A DNA stretch of 64,000 bases from the human T2T-CHM13v2.0 reference genome, Homo sapiens: assembly GCF_009914755.1 (NCBI RefSeq), contig NC_060934.1, one strand, 5' to 3'. Under the pieces are notes generated by a model. The model was not told the origin of the DNA. It did not search any database and worked only from the letters and a program-made list of their open reading frames with translations. A program made the position numbers and the translations under genes. This document shows positions 32,369 to 48,690 of this stretch, in pieces. Numbering within the stretch: position 1 is the first letter of the stretch; each line of letters starts with the position of its first letter.

Positions 32369-32783
32369 GCAACTGATAGCAAACTGCAGCTCTCATTTCT
32401 CAGTGTAAGTTCAGTATTTCTCATTAAGCCCATATTTTATGTCTTCATAAAATTTTGCATTAATGAATTCTTTCAAGAAGTGATGTAAGCTATAGAAGGG
32501 TTATCTGGAGGTTGTCAATCCTGCCCACCATAGCAATCCAGGCAGGCTCTGATGGTGAGAAGACGGAAGGACTCCGTCAGTGCTCTCTAATGCGGGCATC
32601 GCCATCTTGACTGCAGAGCCCAGCCTTGGGATCCAAGAACTGGGGGGAAACCTGGAGGCAGCTTAGTGGGGTGCCAAGGAGGCCAGTGGGAGGCAGTCTG
32701 ATGTAGCAGAAACACAACACTCATGCATTTGCATCTCAGCTCTGCAATTACCAAGTATAAATTCTGAGCTTCTGTTTAATCTA

Positions 32784-33440
<657 letters not shown>

Positions 33441-34334
33441 CTGACTAGCTTTCTTGAGTGGATGAAATTAGATTATGGAAGCAAAGTTCCTAACATGGTA
33501 ACTATTACAGTTATTGTTTGTTAATAATAGTAAATGACTTTCCCAAGTCCATACAGAGTGTTTTTGTCCGGAAGAGGATGTTGTCTCTGGTGTCACTTCG
33601 CAACACAGTGCATTCTAGGACACCAAACATGACACCATTTCAGGGTTTGCCAGGCTGCCTTCGACTACCCCAGAGCTCCTGTCCCCCTGGCTTTCTGTCA
33701 ATTCCATCCTTTTTCTGGCCGCCCATGACTGCTGCCTGGACTGCCCTTAGTCCATTGAGTCAAACATTTGCATGATGCCAGCTGCATGATGTGTGCAGAG
33801 AGATTTGTGCTGAGAGATTTGAGGGAGTGGGGAGGGACTTGGATGAACAAGACAAAGCCCCTCCCTCAAGGAAATGATATTTTAGTAGGTCTAGACAAGA
33901 ACAGAACGGACATTTGTGATGTAGAATGAGTGAAGGGCCATTGGGGGCAGAGTGAGGTGTCATGACCGTGTACCGGCAGATGAAAGGCTCCCCAAGGAGA
34001 GAGCTGAATGAAGTAGAGACCCCTGAGACCCCCAGGACCATGACAGATGGTGGAGGGACAAGGAGTATGTTATAAAAGCAAGGAGCAGGGACATCTGGGG
34101 CCTGCCTGGACCAAGGGCATGCTGTCTGCATGGGTGGAATTTAGGGACATTGCGGACACACTTCCATCCACTCCACTCGGAGTGTGAACACCCGTCTCAG
34201 TCAGGACAGTTCTGCTCCATTCTTTACAGTCGAGGCAGAGTGCTGAGAAGGGCGGGTTTTACCTGATGCTCAGACACTTCTCTCTTCCTCGGTGTAGCCA
34301 ACAAGTAAATACAGAGCTGATTCTCTTTTTTCTT

Positions 34335-34658
<324 letters not shown>

Positions 34659-34835
34659 TAGGAAAAGAATAGCTTGAGCTGCTTCTCTTAGTTAAATGAA
34701 TGTGGAGCCATCAGGTTCCCATTGGTGTGAGGAAAATGCAGAAGAGACACGTTTGTGGCTAGAGGAAAATCCCAAGAGGCCCTTTGGCATAGACAGTTCT
34801 GCAGAGAGGGTGTGCCAGTGTCCAGGGGGAGTCTA

Positions 34836-35252
<417 letters not shown>

Positions 35253-35581
35253 GAGGGAAAGGGGAAGGTCTGTGCTGGGAACTGGGGCTCAGCAGGGGCC
35301 AGGCCAGCACGAAGCAGCATTTTGGAACAAATGCCTGGGAATGTGGGCATGAATGAAAGGGGTGGCATTCCTAAAGCCCAGTGAACTTGGGATATACAAC
35401 CGAGACACACTCGGGATCCAGGCCAAGCTGTCAAGCAGAGGAGAGCCGTCCATCAGGCATCACTGCAGGATCACTTTTCCCAGCGACAACTACCTCATTC
35501 TGAGCACAGAAGCATCCGTGCTAAACAACCGATCAGGCTCTCAGTTCTTTCTCTGACTGCTGTTTGGAAGCAGAGCCAAAC

Positions 35582-36373
35582 TTTTTAAAAATTCTTCATT
35601 TTATTTTAAGTTCCAGGATACATGTGCAGGACATGCAGGTTTGTTATATAGGTAAACGTGTGCCATGGTGGTTTGCTGCACCCATCCACACATCACCTAG
35701 GTATTAAGCCCCACGTGCATCATTAGCTATTTATCCTGATGCTCTCCCTCCTCACCCCGCCAACAGGCCCCAGTGTGTGTTGTTCCCCCTGTGTCCATGT
35801 GTTCTCATTGTTCAGCCCCCACTTATAAGTTAGAACATGCAGTGTTTGGTTTTCTGTTGCTGTGTTAGTTTGCTGAGGATAATGGCTTCCAGCTTCATCC
35901 ATGTCCTTGCAAAGGACATGATCTCATTCCTTTTTATAGCTGCATATTATTCCGTGGTATATATGTACCACATTTTCTTTATCCAGTCTATCATTGATGG
36001 GCATTTGGGTTGATTCATGTCTTTGCTATTGTGAACAGTGCTGCAATGAACATACATGTGCATTTATCTTCATAATGGAATGATTTATATTCCTTTGGGT
36101 ATACACCTAATAATGAGATTGCTGGGTAAAATGGTATTTCTGGTTTTAGATTTTGAGGAATCACCACACTGTATTCCACAGTGGTTGAACTAATTTACAC
36201 TCCCACCAACAGTGTAAAAAGCGTTCCAATTGCTCCACAGCCTTGCCAGCATCTGTTGTTTCTTGACTTTTTCATAATCTCCATTCTGACTCATGTGAGA
36301 TGGTATCTCATTGTGGTTTTGATTTGCATTTCTCTAACGATCAGTGATATTGAGGCTTTTTCATATGTTTGTT
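35582..36373 (-). mobile_element. L1PA (older primate), 5'-truncated
   Basis: antisense 3'UTR and ORF2 end; TSD gagccaaactttt/gagccagactctt. Confidence 0.94.
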
Positions 36374-39300
36374 GAGCCAGACTCTTAAGACTCCCTGAAC
36401 CCCCAACATTCCCTGATGTTGAAGGTGATGGAAGTGTCTCAAGGAGAAAAGCTTAGGCTAAAACTAGTGATGGGTTACGCAACTATGCAGAGAAATAGAA
36501 GTGTTTATCACACAAGTACCAGCTGACCAGAAAGATCCTGCCATTCCCATAGGTACTGGTCGTGTGAGTGGAAGTTGCAGCCAGGCCGACATTTACATGT
36601 ACACCTGCACCAGTGTCATCACTGTGACATGGTGACTTCCTAAGGGACTCTGGGTGTCGAGCATGCATGTTCAGCATGGAGGGTGACAGCCACCCCAGCT
36701 CCGAAATGCTTTCAGAGGAGAATATTGGCAAACAAGCACTTGTTAAACATCTTCAGAATCTTTCCTATAACAGGATCTAAGTGGATTCTATTAAATGCCT
36801 GAGTAACATCCTCATCCATTTGTCTCATTTGTATTCAGTCCTAGATAGAGTTCCCCTTCTTCCATGGCTTGTCACATATTATTTTTTAATCAGATAATTT
36901 AACATCCAAAACTTCACTGGTATGGAAGAAAGCAGAGAAATGTAAAGGAGATCAGACTGATACCAGCTGGTCTTCTGAAGTTCAAGCCCGGGCGCTGAAC
37001 TGAGCATCTGGCTACATTCTTTGGTGTCTCAAATTCACTGAGGTCAATAACCAACCTTTCTCACAAGCACTCCTCATTTCCAATCTGTCTCCCCAACTGC
37101 ACAACTTTGTGTAATCAAAGAGGGAAAGATGGCTCCTCAGATGGACCCTCAGAGAAAGATAAGATCAGGCCCACAGGGAGGCCAGCCCTGTGTTCCTTCC
37201 ACCTTGATGGTCACTGTCAGAGGATGTACAGGGAGTGTGGTGACAATGGCTCAAGGCTACTGACCTAAGAGGCCGTGTCTTCCATTTTGCGAGGGAGACA
37301 CTGGCAGACAGCTGCTCCCGGCGTGTTTGTGTGTATGTAAATATCCACACACTCACTCTGAACTCCGAGAGCTGTCTGGCCATCTGCCACAAATGCAGCT
37401 TGCGTCCCGAAGATGCAGCCGTGTGTCACAGATGGAGATGGGGCAAGCACCGTGCACCTCCACCAGAGTCTTAGACCTGGGCACACAGACAATCCCAGAA
37501 CTGAATTTCAGAGCCTTTGAGGTTTTCCCTTCACACTATTACAATAAATCAAAACCACAATTCGAATTAAATCTTGTCTTATGCTTCCATTGTTCTAAAT
37601 GGGGCAGGAAGACCCCAAAGCATTATTAACAAGACAAGGTTGAAAATACCCAGACAATTGGGTGTCCAGATACCCTTTCTCTCTCTTATCCAAAGCTGTT
37701 CTCCAAACACAACCAATAACTCTCCCTCTCAGATCCAAATCAACAGCCCATTGAAAAAGTTCCTACTTCAGATCTCGGAGACAAAAGTGAATAGCCAAGC
37801 AGAGTCTCAAATAAATCCTATTATCCCTTCTCCCACCCTCCCTCTCTTCTTTCGACCTCAAAGCTTTGCCGTCTTAGCTTTTCCATCTTTCATTGGATTC
37901 TCAGCACTGCTGCCTTGTTTCCATAGAATCACAGAAGTCAAAGCTAAAAAAGATTTTGCGTATTTCCCTTCACACAAACCCCCAAGGGCAAAATGTTACC
38001 AAACTCCTACTCTTAGATCCACAACAGACTTTTCTGCTGGGAGCCAGGCGTAAACATGGAGTCACGCGTGATTATTGAGTTCTGTCATCCACACCAGAAA
38101 ACAGCAGTGGCAGGAGAAGGCGGCTGCGGGAACATTTTCTCCTTCCAAAAGAGCTTTCATCACTCTACTTAGCTTTCATTTCTGGCTCAAGCTTAGAAGC
38201 CTCCAGTTTAGTGTCTTTCTAGGCAGTCTTGTGGTCCACTCTATCACCAATAATGCAGCACCTACACCAAGCCAAGGAACACTCAGAGAGACGGCTGGGG
38301 CAGAAGACACAGAGACAGGAAATCTCCATGCAATTCGGTCTTGTCTGTGCTGCCATGGGACCTTGGGCCCAAGTTGTAGTGCCCAAGCCCATGGCAAGCA
38401 AGCAGGAAGGCAGTTGTTCAGGAGATGACGATCATTCAGAGCATCTGCCTTGGAACATCATTTAGTTTTGTTCAGCACCATTCCCAAGCCCGCTACGTAC
38501 ACGAAGAGATGTAAAGCCGCATAATGTTCCCTGAACTGCTTTTGTTGAATGCCTGAGTTATCACCCCCCTTTCAGGGGGTGGCTTCTACCCATCTGAACA
38601 CCTGGGAGGTCTGCTTGGCCCCAAAGTCCAAGTTTCTTGGTGTTAGTTTCAAATGCCTTACAAGCCGTACCCCCAACTATCACCAAGAATAAGCCCACAG
38701 AAACCTCACTGAGAAAAGACTCCCTTTTCTCAGTGGAAAGTAGCTTATCTTTGTCTATTTCAAAGTTGGTGCTAATTGTAATTGTTGACTGTTTTTGTCC
38801 TCTGATTAGGGGAAGACAAAATCCAGTTACCAGCCATCCCTTCCTTCTCCCAGACCAAAGTGTGCCTACCTCCTGTGCCATTTTGTGGGGGGGTCTGCTT
38901 GGCTAGTTAAGGTGACCAATTAACCCATAAAGCAGTATTAATAAAGTATGAAGATTTTTTATGTGCCCCAGGGTGCATTTTAACACCTTCGGTATCTTGA
39001 TACTAAAAGTGCTGCCTAAAGATAGAAACGTAGGGCATTGAAAGCTAACTAGTGAGAGAAATATTGAAGAACCCAGTATAATGATGGTAGATGACCATCA
39101 GCTACTTGGCGGGGTCCTGTGTTTAGTCTTAAACAATAGAATTGGCAATATCAAGTTGATTTTCCACAAGTCTTCACATGACATCCGCTTCACGTCACAA
39201 ATAGGAATGGTGGGGCTCTAGGTGGTACACCAGATAGACAGACAATAGGGACATGATAATGGCCCCAGACCTTTCAGCCTATCAGTCAGGCAATGGTGGG

Positions 39301-39958
39301 CATGTCACATGGCCAAGGACAAGTCTTTTCTGTTGGACCAGCTCACCGGGGCAGCTTGGTCCATTGCCCCTGTCAATCAACAGAGTGCGGGTTCACACAC
39401 AAAGAACAGGTACTTCATCATGAGCTGTCCAATTTCAAAACAATAGTCATTTTCTCTCCACACCAGTCTGAAAACCAGCCCCATTAAGGATCATGATCAG
39501 ACCATATTGATCACTTCTCTAAGCATCTCTTCAAGGGACATCTCTAGACATACTTGACTGAGCTGGATTTAATTTAAGCACTTTGCTGTCTACAAATTCT
39601 ATCAGTTTAGCCTTGTGAAAAATTAGGACATTACGGCTCCAGCTTCCCTAAGGAACTCTGAGCACTGATGTTCTCAATGCCCTGCACCTCCCCTGCTTGG
39701 GAACGACCACCCCTCCTTGCCAGGAGAACCCTGAGTTGCTGGCACCTTCTCATCCATGAAGCACACTGTCTTGCTACCCAGATTTCTCTCCTGAAAAGCA
39801 ATGGCCTACAGAGTGAAAACTAAGGCCATATGCCCAACACTCTTAACACATTCCGTCCAACTCTGAGAAGCAAATTTGCCGTTTACAAGGGGAGAAGAAT
39901 GAAGCCACTTGAAAGAGCCACATCCCCTTCTCATCTAGTTTTTAAAAAATCATCTTTG

Positions 39959-40099
39959 CACAAAGAAATGACAAGTGCTTGAGGTGATAGATACCCCAAT
40001 TACTCTGATGCATTATGCACTCTATGCCTGTCTCAAAACATCACATGTACTCCATAGATATATCCATCTACTATGTACCCATAAAAACTAAAAATTTTT
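39959..40099 (+). mobile_element. L1MA-type short 3' fragment
   Basis: cacaaagaaatgacaagtgcttgaggtgatagatacccc...; perfect 15-bp TSD aaaaaatcatctttg. Confidence 0.9.
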
Positions 40100-40717
40100 A
40101 AAAAATCATCTTTGTTGCCTCCAGAGAGGGTCATTCTGGCCACGCCTGCTGGTCTGATTCTGTGAGTCATTGACAGTGGGGCAGAGTGGGAACTAGGGAT
40201 ATGCAGAGGAGATAGATTTTCAGCCCCTTTACTTTCTTGAAACTATTTCCTCTCGTCGTGTGAATGGAATTTTTAAAATGATATCTAAAGCACAGTAGGA
40301 AAATAATGTAAATCAAGTGCTAGGAAATTCTTCCCTCCAGGCACCATTCAAAAACCAAACTCATTTGAGAGAAGTTCCAGGGGTTCGGAACAGTTGAGAG
40401 GGGGCTTGCTTTAGCCTTGCTGGATGACATCAAGGCAAAAGATGAGAGTGTGTGAGGGATCAGCGCGGAGGTCCTGAGCTCAGAGCAGGAGTTGTGAGTC
40501 AGCCTTGGAGACGCCCACTGCAAACAAGCATTCAGGCTTGTCGAGATGATTTCTGGAGGTTAAGTGTAGGTGGATCTCGTGTTTCAGATGCTTTCAGCGT
40601 ATTTTGTCATCTCATTTGTTCCATTAAGGTTTGTTTAAAAGAAAAAAATCCAGGAAACTAACGTCAACAACTAAGAGAATTTTGTAAATATCATTCCTCC
40701 CACTTCAAGCGACATTG

Positions 40718-40848
40718 CCTACATCAATGCTAACCCATACGTTAGTAATGCTTTTGAAAGGAATTATGTGAAGACAACAGTCTAAAGTTCCTATTATTGC
40801 AGAAAGCTTTTACCAAATATCTGCTTTTATTTTACACTTCTGAATACA
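40718..40848 (+). repeat. left arm of a 131-bp inverted repeat
   Basis: 117/131 identical, ungapped, to the reverse complement of 42276-42406 (manual alignment). Confidence 0.95.
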
Positions 40849-41124
40849 AGGAACCAGGACCATGCTTTTAAGTATAAGCCTTATTCTGAAATGGATGAGT
40901 AATGTTGCCAAGAAACCAAGAAGCCGGTGGGCAGCAAAGCAGAAACGTGATGTGGAATAATGACTTCGGTGCAGTTCCTCACACTTATATAACATATGTC
41001 TCTGCATCTATGGGGGGCAAGCGTGTATGCTTAAATAGCCCACCCAAAAGGGGTAGAAACAATAAGAGCAGAGCGTTCCTCTAAGGAGGGTATGGTTGTA
41101 GTGAGACATCAAGAAACAGTCAGA

Positions 41125-41493
<369 letters not shown>

Positions 41494-41612
41494 TTAGGTA
41501 ACACTTGGAATGAAAAGGAGCTATGGTTTTTGTGTGTTTCTCACTTAAAACCAGAGTGTTATTATCCTTTACCATTGCATCAGCAGGAAGCATTGAAGGT
41601 TGTGAAAGTTCT

Positions 41613-41752
41613 TTTGGTTGGTTGGTTTGTTGGTTGTTGGTTGATTAGTTGGCTGGTTGGTTGGTTGATTGGTTGGTTGGTTTGTTGGTTGGTTGATTGC
41701 TTGGTTGGTTTGTTGGTTGGTTGATTGCTTGGTTGGTTGGTTGGTTGTTGGA
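41613..41752 (+). repeat. (TTGG)n degenerate tetranucleotide repeat
   Basis: about 140 bp of ttgg/ttga units; source of the ORFs at 41530-41989. Confidence 0.95.
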
Positions 41753-42275
41753 TTTGGGATACAGAAGCAAAGAAAAGGGAGGAGAAAAAGAGCACTCAAA
41801 ATGCAGTTGGTGAACAGTGTGCAGCTAGGAAGGAAACCTCTGCTCCTGGTGCTCCACTCAGAGAAAATAGAGGGTGCTATTTCACTAGAACCACAGCAAA
41901 AGCATCACAGTGTAGTACGGAAGCTTCTGTCTCATCCTAAGGATGGGGTTGAAGCCAGCTCAAGTTTGGGACTGATTCAAACTAACTGAGATAATCTTTC
42001 CAACTAAGAAAAGACTTGTAATCCAAATTATAAAATGTGGTGTGGCCCTTCCTCTTCCTTCCCTTCCCTGAACTATGTAGTCTTAGAGCTATCAGGTGGG
42101 GTAGAGCAAGAGTTGGAGTGAGGGAGCTGCAGCGGTCCAGAGTGATGAAGAGGCCAAAAAGGATGAGGAGGACATCTTCTCAGATGGGTCACCTACAAAG
42201 GGCATCAAACCCCAAGCACAGAAGGAGGGTGTCCTCCCTTGGGGGGCAGCAGTAGGGGAATCAGTAGGGGATCAC

Positions 42276-42406
42276 TGTGTTCAGAAGTGTAAAATCAAAG
42301 TACATGTTTGGTAAAAGCTTTCTGCAATAATAGGAACTGTTAACTGTTGTCTTCACATAGTTCCTTTCAAAAGCATTACCAACGTATGGGTGAATGTTGA
42401 TGTAGG
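42276..42406 (-). repeat. right arm of the 131-bp inverted repeat
   Basis: reverse complement of 40718-40848 with 14 substitutions. Confidence 0.95.
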
Positions 42407-42477
42407 GGTGAGCCTGCGTGGGGTGAGGGGATCTCTGTGTGGGGATGGCTTCAGTAAGCACTGGAAACATACTAAAG

Positions 42478-42600
42478 AATTGAGCAAATAAGCAAGCAAG
42501 CAAACCAAGAACAAGAACAATTGAGCAAATAAGGAAACAAGCAAACCAAAAACAAAGAACAAGCAAAACAAAGAACAAGCAAACCAAAAACAAGAACAAT
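42478..42600 (+). repeat. nascent ~41-bp tandem repeat (aattgagcaaataag...caagcaaaccaa.aacaagaac)
   Basis: two full units at 42478 and 42519 plus partial sub-repeats. Confidence 0.85.
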
Positions 42601-43108
42601 GGGATTCAGGTTTTTCGCTGTCAAAAGAAGGAAGTTATAAATATGTAAAGAGAGGAATTGGAACTGAAAGTATTGATATGATTCCTTGGGATTTTCAAAA
42701 TAGATGGATAGATAAATAGACTTTGATATAGATGTAGACATGAGTATAAAGGTAAATGTATGTATATATATATGTGTGTTTGCATGTACATACACTGATC
42801 CCCTACAAACATATATACCCTGTCACTCTCTGTCCACTGACAGAGTAACAATAGTAATGGGCACACTCAGGACCCAGAAGTTGGCCTCTAAATACCCTCC
42901 TCCACTGAAAGGAAACAGGGCTCCTTGGGGAAATGGCAGCAGCCATTGTCATCACTGCATGCCAGGTAGGAAAAGTAAGAATGAGTTGAAACATCTAATT
43001 GTTCCAGAAAAGAAGGAAGTGTTCAAATAATAACTGGGGACAATGAGTCACAGAAGCCAAATCTAGGGCATTTAGAGAATCAAAATAATGTTAAAAATGG
43101 ATCATAAC

Positions 43109-43536
43109 TGATATGGTTTGTATCTGTGTCCCCACCCACATCTCATCTTTCTTCCATTGTAATCCCCAGTATTGGAGGTGGGGCCTGGTGGGGGGCGATT
43201 GGATTTTGGGGGCAGATTCTCATGAATGGTTTAGCACCATCCTCTTGGCGCTGTTCTCATGATAGTGAGTGTGTTCTCATGAGATCTGGTTGTTTAATAG
43301 TGTGTAGCACCTCCCCACCCTCTTGCTCCTTCTCCCGCCACGTAAGATGCTTACTCCTGCTCTGCCTTCTGCCATGATTGAAAGCTTCCTGAGGCTTCCC
43401 CAGAAGCAGAGGCCACTATGCTTCCTGTTCAGCCTGTGGAACCATGAGCCAATTCAACCTCTTTTCTTTGTAAATTTCTCAGTCTCAGGTATTTTTTTAT
43501 ACCTGTCTGCGAGAACAGACTGAATAGATTGATACA
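43109..43536 (+). mobile_element. MSTA MaLR solo LTR
   Basis: tgatatggtttg...ttctcatgaatggtttagcaccatcc...gataca; 5-bp TSD ataac. Confidence 0.93.
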
Positions 43537-44089
43537 ATAACTTAATAAGTAACAAAGAAAAACAGGAATCTATATTGATATAAATATGGATAGATTGAAA
43601 GTTTATGGAGCAACAGAATACTTACATAATTCCTAGTTCCTCTACTCAAAATGCTTATTAATTACAAAAGGTAAAGAATAAATGTGATGTGGAGGAGTCT
43701 GATAGATATCATAACCAAGTATTGAAGTCAACCTCACCATTAATGGGACAAATTGGCTGAAGTTGTGTACCTCCTGGTAGGATGCATTAAGAAGAACATA
43801 GTATCATCTCTGTGATATTTCTGCCAAAAATACATGATCAAAATCAAATCATGAAAATGCATCAGACAAGAGTCATTCTACATTCATCTGGCCTGTAATC
43901 TTCAAAAATGTCAAGGTCCTAAAGTCAAACCAAGACTGAAAAACTGCTCCAGACTGCAAGACTACAGTGACATGACAACTGAACGCAATGCCTGACTCTA
44001 GAGTCTATCCTTTTGCTATCCACACCCTTGCTGGGACGACTGGTAAGGTTGGAATGAGGTCAGAGGATTCAATTGTAGAAATGGATCTT

Positions 44090-44628
44090 TTGTTTTCTTT
44101 TTTTTTAAATCAAGTTCTAGGGTACATGTGCACAACGTGCAGGTTTGTTACATATGTAAACATGTGCCATGTTGGTTTGCTGCACCCATTAACTCATCAT
44201 TTACGTTAGGTATTTCTCCTAATGCTATCCCTCCCCCATCTCCCCACCCCACGACAGGCCCCGGTGTGTGATGTTCCCTGCCCTGTGTCCAAGTGTTCTC
44301 ATTGTGCAATTCCCACCTATGAGTGAGAACATGCTGTGTTTGGTTTTCTGTCCTTGCGATAGTTTGCTCAGAATGATGGTTTCCAGCTTCTTTCATGTCG
44401 CTACGAAGGACATGGACTCATCCTTTTTTATGGCTGTGTAGTATTTCAAGGTGTATATGTGCCACATTTTCTTAATCCAGTCTATCATTGATGGACATTT
44501 GGGTTGGTCCCAAGTCTATGCTATTGTGAATAGTGCCGCAATAAACATACATGTGCATGTGTCTTTAGAGTAGCATGATTTATAATCCTTTGGGTATATA
44601 ACCAGTAATGGGATCACTGAGTCAAATA
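44090..44628 (-). mobile_element. L1PA 3' fragment
   Basis: agttctagggtacatgtgcacaacgtgcaggtttgttac... antisense 3'UTR. Confidence 0.94.
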
Positions 44629-44658
44629 GTAAGAAAGGTATCATTTTTAACATCATTA

Positions 44659-45184
<526 letters not shown>

Positions 45185-45737
45185 CTACAGGGATTTTGCA
45201 TAAATTAACACAGCAGTGGGGCTTTCTGGATAGTGATTGTAACCCAACAAGCATAACAGAATTGTCTAGGGAATTTTTTTAAACACCCAGGAAGAATCAT
45301 CCGAGTTTAACTGCTTTCCTAGCTGAGTGTGCTCTAGTAAGGAAGCTTTGACGTGGGGTCACGGTGCTGGCCCATGGCTATGTGTGCCTCTTGTTACAAG
45401 GCAAGGGAAGTTTCTAAAGGAAGCTGGGCGAATGTGAAGAAACATTTGCCATCTCTCCTCCTATTGATATGATACCAGATTAGCATATAAGGCTGATAAC
45501 ACCCTTTGGAACCTACATGGTTAATTCTAAAAGTTTCCGTCAGAGTAACAGCAGGTGCTCAGTCAGCAGCAGCCATTGTCACCACTGCATGCCAGAAGCC
45601 CTAACAGTGGTGTCCCAAATCCTCACAACGACACTGCAAGCTATGTATCAAGTGAGTTATAATGACCCACTGAGGGATGAGAACCTGCCCACCTGAGACT
45701 CAGAGAGGCTGAGGCTCTTGCTCAAGATCACACAGCC

Positions 45738-47303
45738 GCGGGGACAGGTTCATGCCTGTAATCCCAACACTTTGGGAGGCCAAAACAGGAGAGTCACTTG
45801 AGGCCAGAGTTCAAGACCAGCCTGGGCAATATAGTGAGACCCCATCTCTACAAAAAAAATTAGCCAAGTATGGTGGCACTGAGAGGTGACAGCGTGCTGG
45901 CAGTCCTCACGGCCCTCGCTCGCTCACAGCGCCTCCTCTGCCTGGGCTCCCACTTTGGCGGCACTGGAGGAGCCCTTCAGCCCGCTGCTGCACTGTGGAA
46001 ACCCCTTTCTGGGCTGGCCAAGGCCGGAGCCGGCTCCCTAAGCTTGCGGGGAGGTGTGGAGGGAAAGGCGCGGGCGGGAACCGGGGCTGCACGTGGTGCT
46101 TGCGGGCCAGCGCGAGTTCCGGGTGGGTGGGGGATGGGCGGACCCCGCACTCGGAGCTGCGAGCAGGCCCCACCGGCCCCAGGCAGTGAAGGGCTTAGCA
46201 CCTGGGCCAGCAGCTGCTGTGCTCAATTTCTCGCGGGGCCTTAGCTGCCTTCCTGTGGGGCAGGGCTCGGGACCTGCAGCCCGCCATGCCTGAGCCTCCC
46301 CCACCCCGCTCCGTGGGCTCCTGTGCGACCCAAGCCTCCCTGACGAGTGCCGCCCCCTGCTCCAGGGCACCCAGCCCCATCGACCACCCAAGGACTGAGG
46401 AGTGCGGGCGCACGGCGCGGGACTGGCAGGCAGCTCCACCTGCAGCCCCCGTGCGGGATCCACTGGGTGAAGCCAGCTGGGCTCCTGAGTCTGGTGGGGA
46501 CGTGGAGAACCTTTATGTCTAGCTCAGGGATTGTAAATACACGAATCGGCACTCTATATCTAGCTCAAGGTTTGTAAACACACCAGTCAGCACCCTGTGT
46601 CTAGCTCAGGGTTTGTGAATGCACCAATCCACACTCTGTATCTAGCTGCTCTGGTGGCGACTTGGAGAACCTTTGTGTGGACACTGTATCTAACTAATCT
46701 GGTGGGGATGTGGAGAACCTTTGTGCCTAGCTCAGGGATTGTAAACGCACCAATCAGCACCCTGTCAAAACAGTCCACTCGGCTCCACCAATCAGCAGGA
46801 TGTAGGTGGGGCCAGATAAGACAATAAAAGCAGGCTGCCGGAGCCAGCAGTGGCAACCCGCTCGGGTCCCCTTCCACGCTGTGGAAGCTTAGTTCTTTCT
46901 TTCTTTGCAATAAATCCTGCTGCTGCGCACTCTTTGGGTCCACACTGCCTTTATAAGCTGTAACACTCACCACGAAGGTCTGCAGCTTCACTCCTGAGCC
47001 CGCGAAACCATGAACCCACCAGAAGGAAGAAACTCTGAACACATCCCAACATCAGAAGGAACAAACTCCGGACGCGCCACCTTAAGAGCTGTAACACTCA
47101 CCTCGAGGGTCCGCGGCTTCATTCTTGAAGTCGGTGAGACCAAGAACCCACCAATTCCGGACACAGCATGAGTGCAGAGGCTGAGGCAGGAGGATCGCTT
47201 GGGCCCAGGAGTTTGAGATTGCAGCGAGCTGTAATCGTGCCACTGCACTCCAGCCTTGGTGACAAGTATAAGATCCGATCTCGATCAAAATTAACAATAA
47301 AAA
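45738..47303 (+). mobile_element. AluJ split by LTR12C (45738-45879 and 47166-47303)
   Basis: left arm and linker before the LTR, right arm after; flanks aagatcacacagc/aagataacagc within a MIR. Confidence 0.9.
45880..47165 (+). mobile_element. LTR12C solo LTR
   Basis: tgagaggtgacagcgtgctggcagtcctcac...ccaattccggacaca; 4-bp TSD gcac/gcat; CpG-rich U3; 3 intact CCAAT; GATA at 46813; aataaaa at 46823; polyA at 46909. Confidence 0.97.
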
Positions 47304-47814
47304 AGATAACAGCTAAGAATGTTGTTACTCCTTTTTCTTCCTGACCCTGGATAGCGGCTGGATAGCCCTCCCCCCAGGCACTCTTCACTCAGCTGAACAA
47401 GACCCCTCACCCCTTTGATGGTAAAGACCTAGAGGGAAAACATGGAGGGATTTTTGGTGTTTCAAGGATCAGGAAAAAAATCCCTTCTCTCAACACAGCA
47501 CCTCTGAATAGGGCAAAGCTACTGCAGTGTCAAGACAGTGTCACTCTCCCAACCTGGGAAGGAGACTGGGGGTTAACCCTTCCTTTCCTTGCTAAGGGGA
47601 TCACCCACTTTCTCTGCCAAGAATGTGACTGGAAAGAGAAGCTCAACAAAGAAGACTCCAGCACACTGGGAACCAGAGTCTTCCTGCTGTCCCGACCATG
47701 TGCAGTGGGAAGAGATGCACACCCCTGTCCCCACCCGCCTGTGCTAGATGTCCTCTACCTTCTCCTTAACTCCCATAACCAGCCTCATCATCACAGCAAA
47801 TGTGATTAGGCAAC

Positions 47815-48118
<304 letters not shown>

Positions 48119-48529
48119 TATCCTAGCAATTCTAATGCCTGGACGTGCAAGGTCTTTATGTAGCCCCTGAGCAGTGCAGAATAGCTATGTTAAATTGTTT
48201 GCAATTTTGTGAGATGCACTATATTTACATGAACTCTTAGCAAATTTTCATATGAAAATATTTATAATTCCTACTGAAATGTATATGAACTGAACGCAAC
48301 TGGATTTCAGCCCCTGTCTCTGTGTCTTAATTTGATAAACAAGCAATTACCCTTAACACAAGCAATAGCACTTTGATCAGCTTGAGTGTGGGAAAACTTC
48401 CTCAAGTGAGTAAGGGAAACTAATATATGGACATTGTAGGCAATGTAAAATGGGCAGAAATGCACAGATTAAGTGGCGGAAAATAGATTCAGTTTCAACA
48501 GTTACCTCCAAGAGGTGAATGATCCAGTC

Positions 48530-48690
48530 CATTCACACATTTCACAAATATTTACCAAGAATCTGCTACATATTGGGCACTGGCCTTTCCTCTGAGTATA
48601 CAGAGATGAACATGACAAATTGGGGACCGGTGGCGTTGCTTCCTTAAAGAAGACCAGCTCAGATGAGGAGTCAGGCAAGTCCAGCCAGTT
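48530..48690 (-). mobile_element. L2 3' fragment
   Basis: cattcacacatttcacaaatatttaccaagaatctgctacatattgggcactgg...cagagatgaacatgaca. Confidence 0.7.

Noticed and set aside
37574-38053. 159-aa ORF in unique DNA (likewise 21348..21803, 38075..38428 and 55237..55686)
   Set aside because: Non-ATG starts, no recognisable domain and no supporting exon structure; such lengths are expected by chance.
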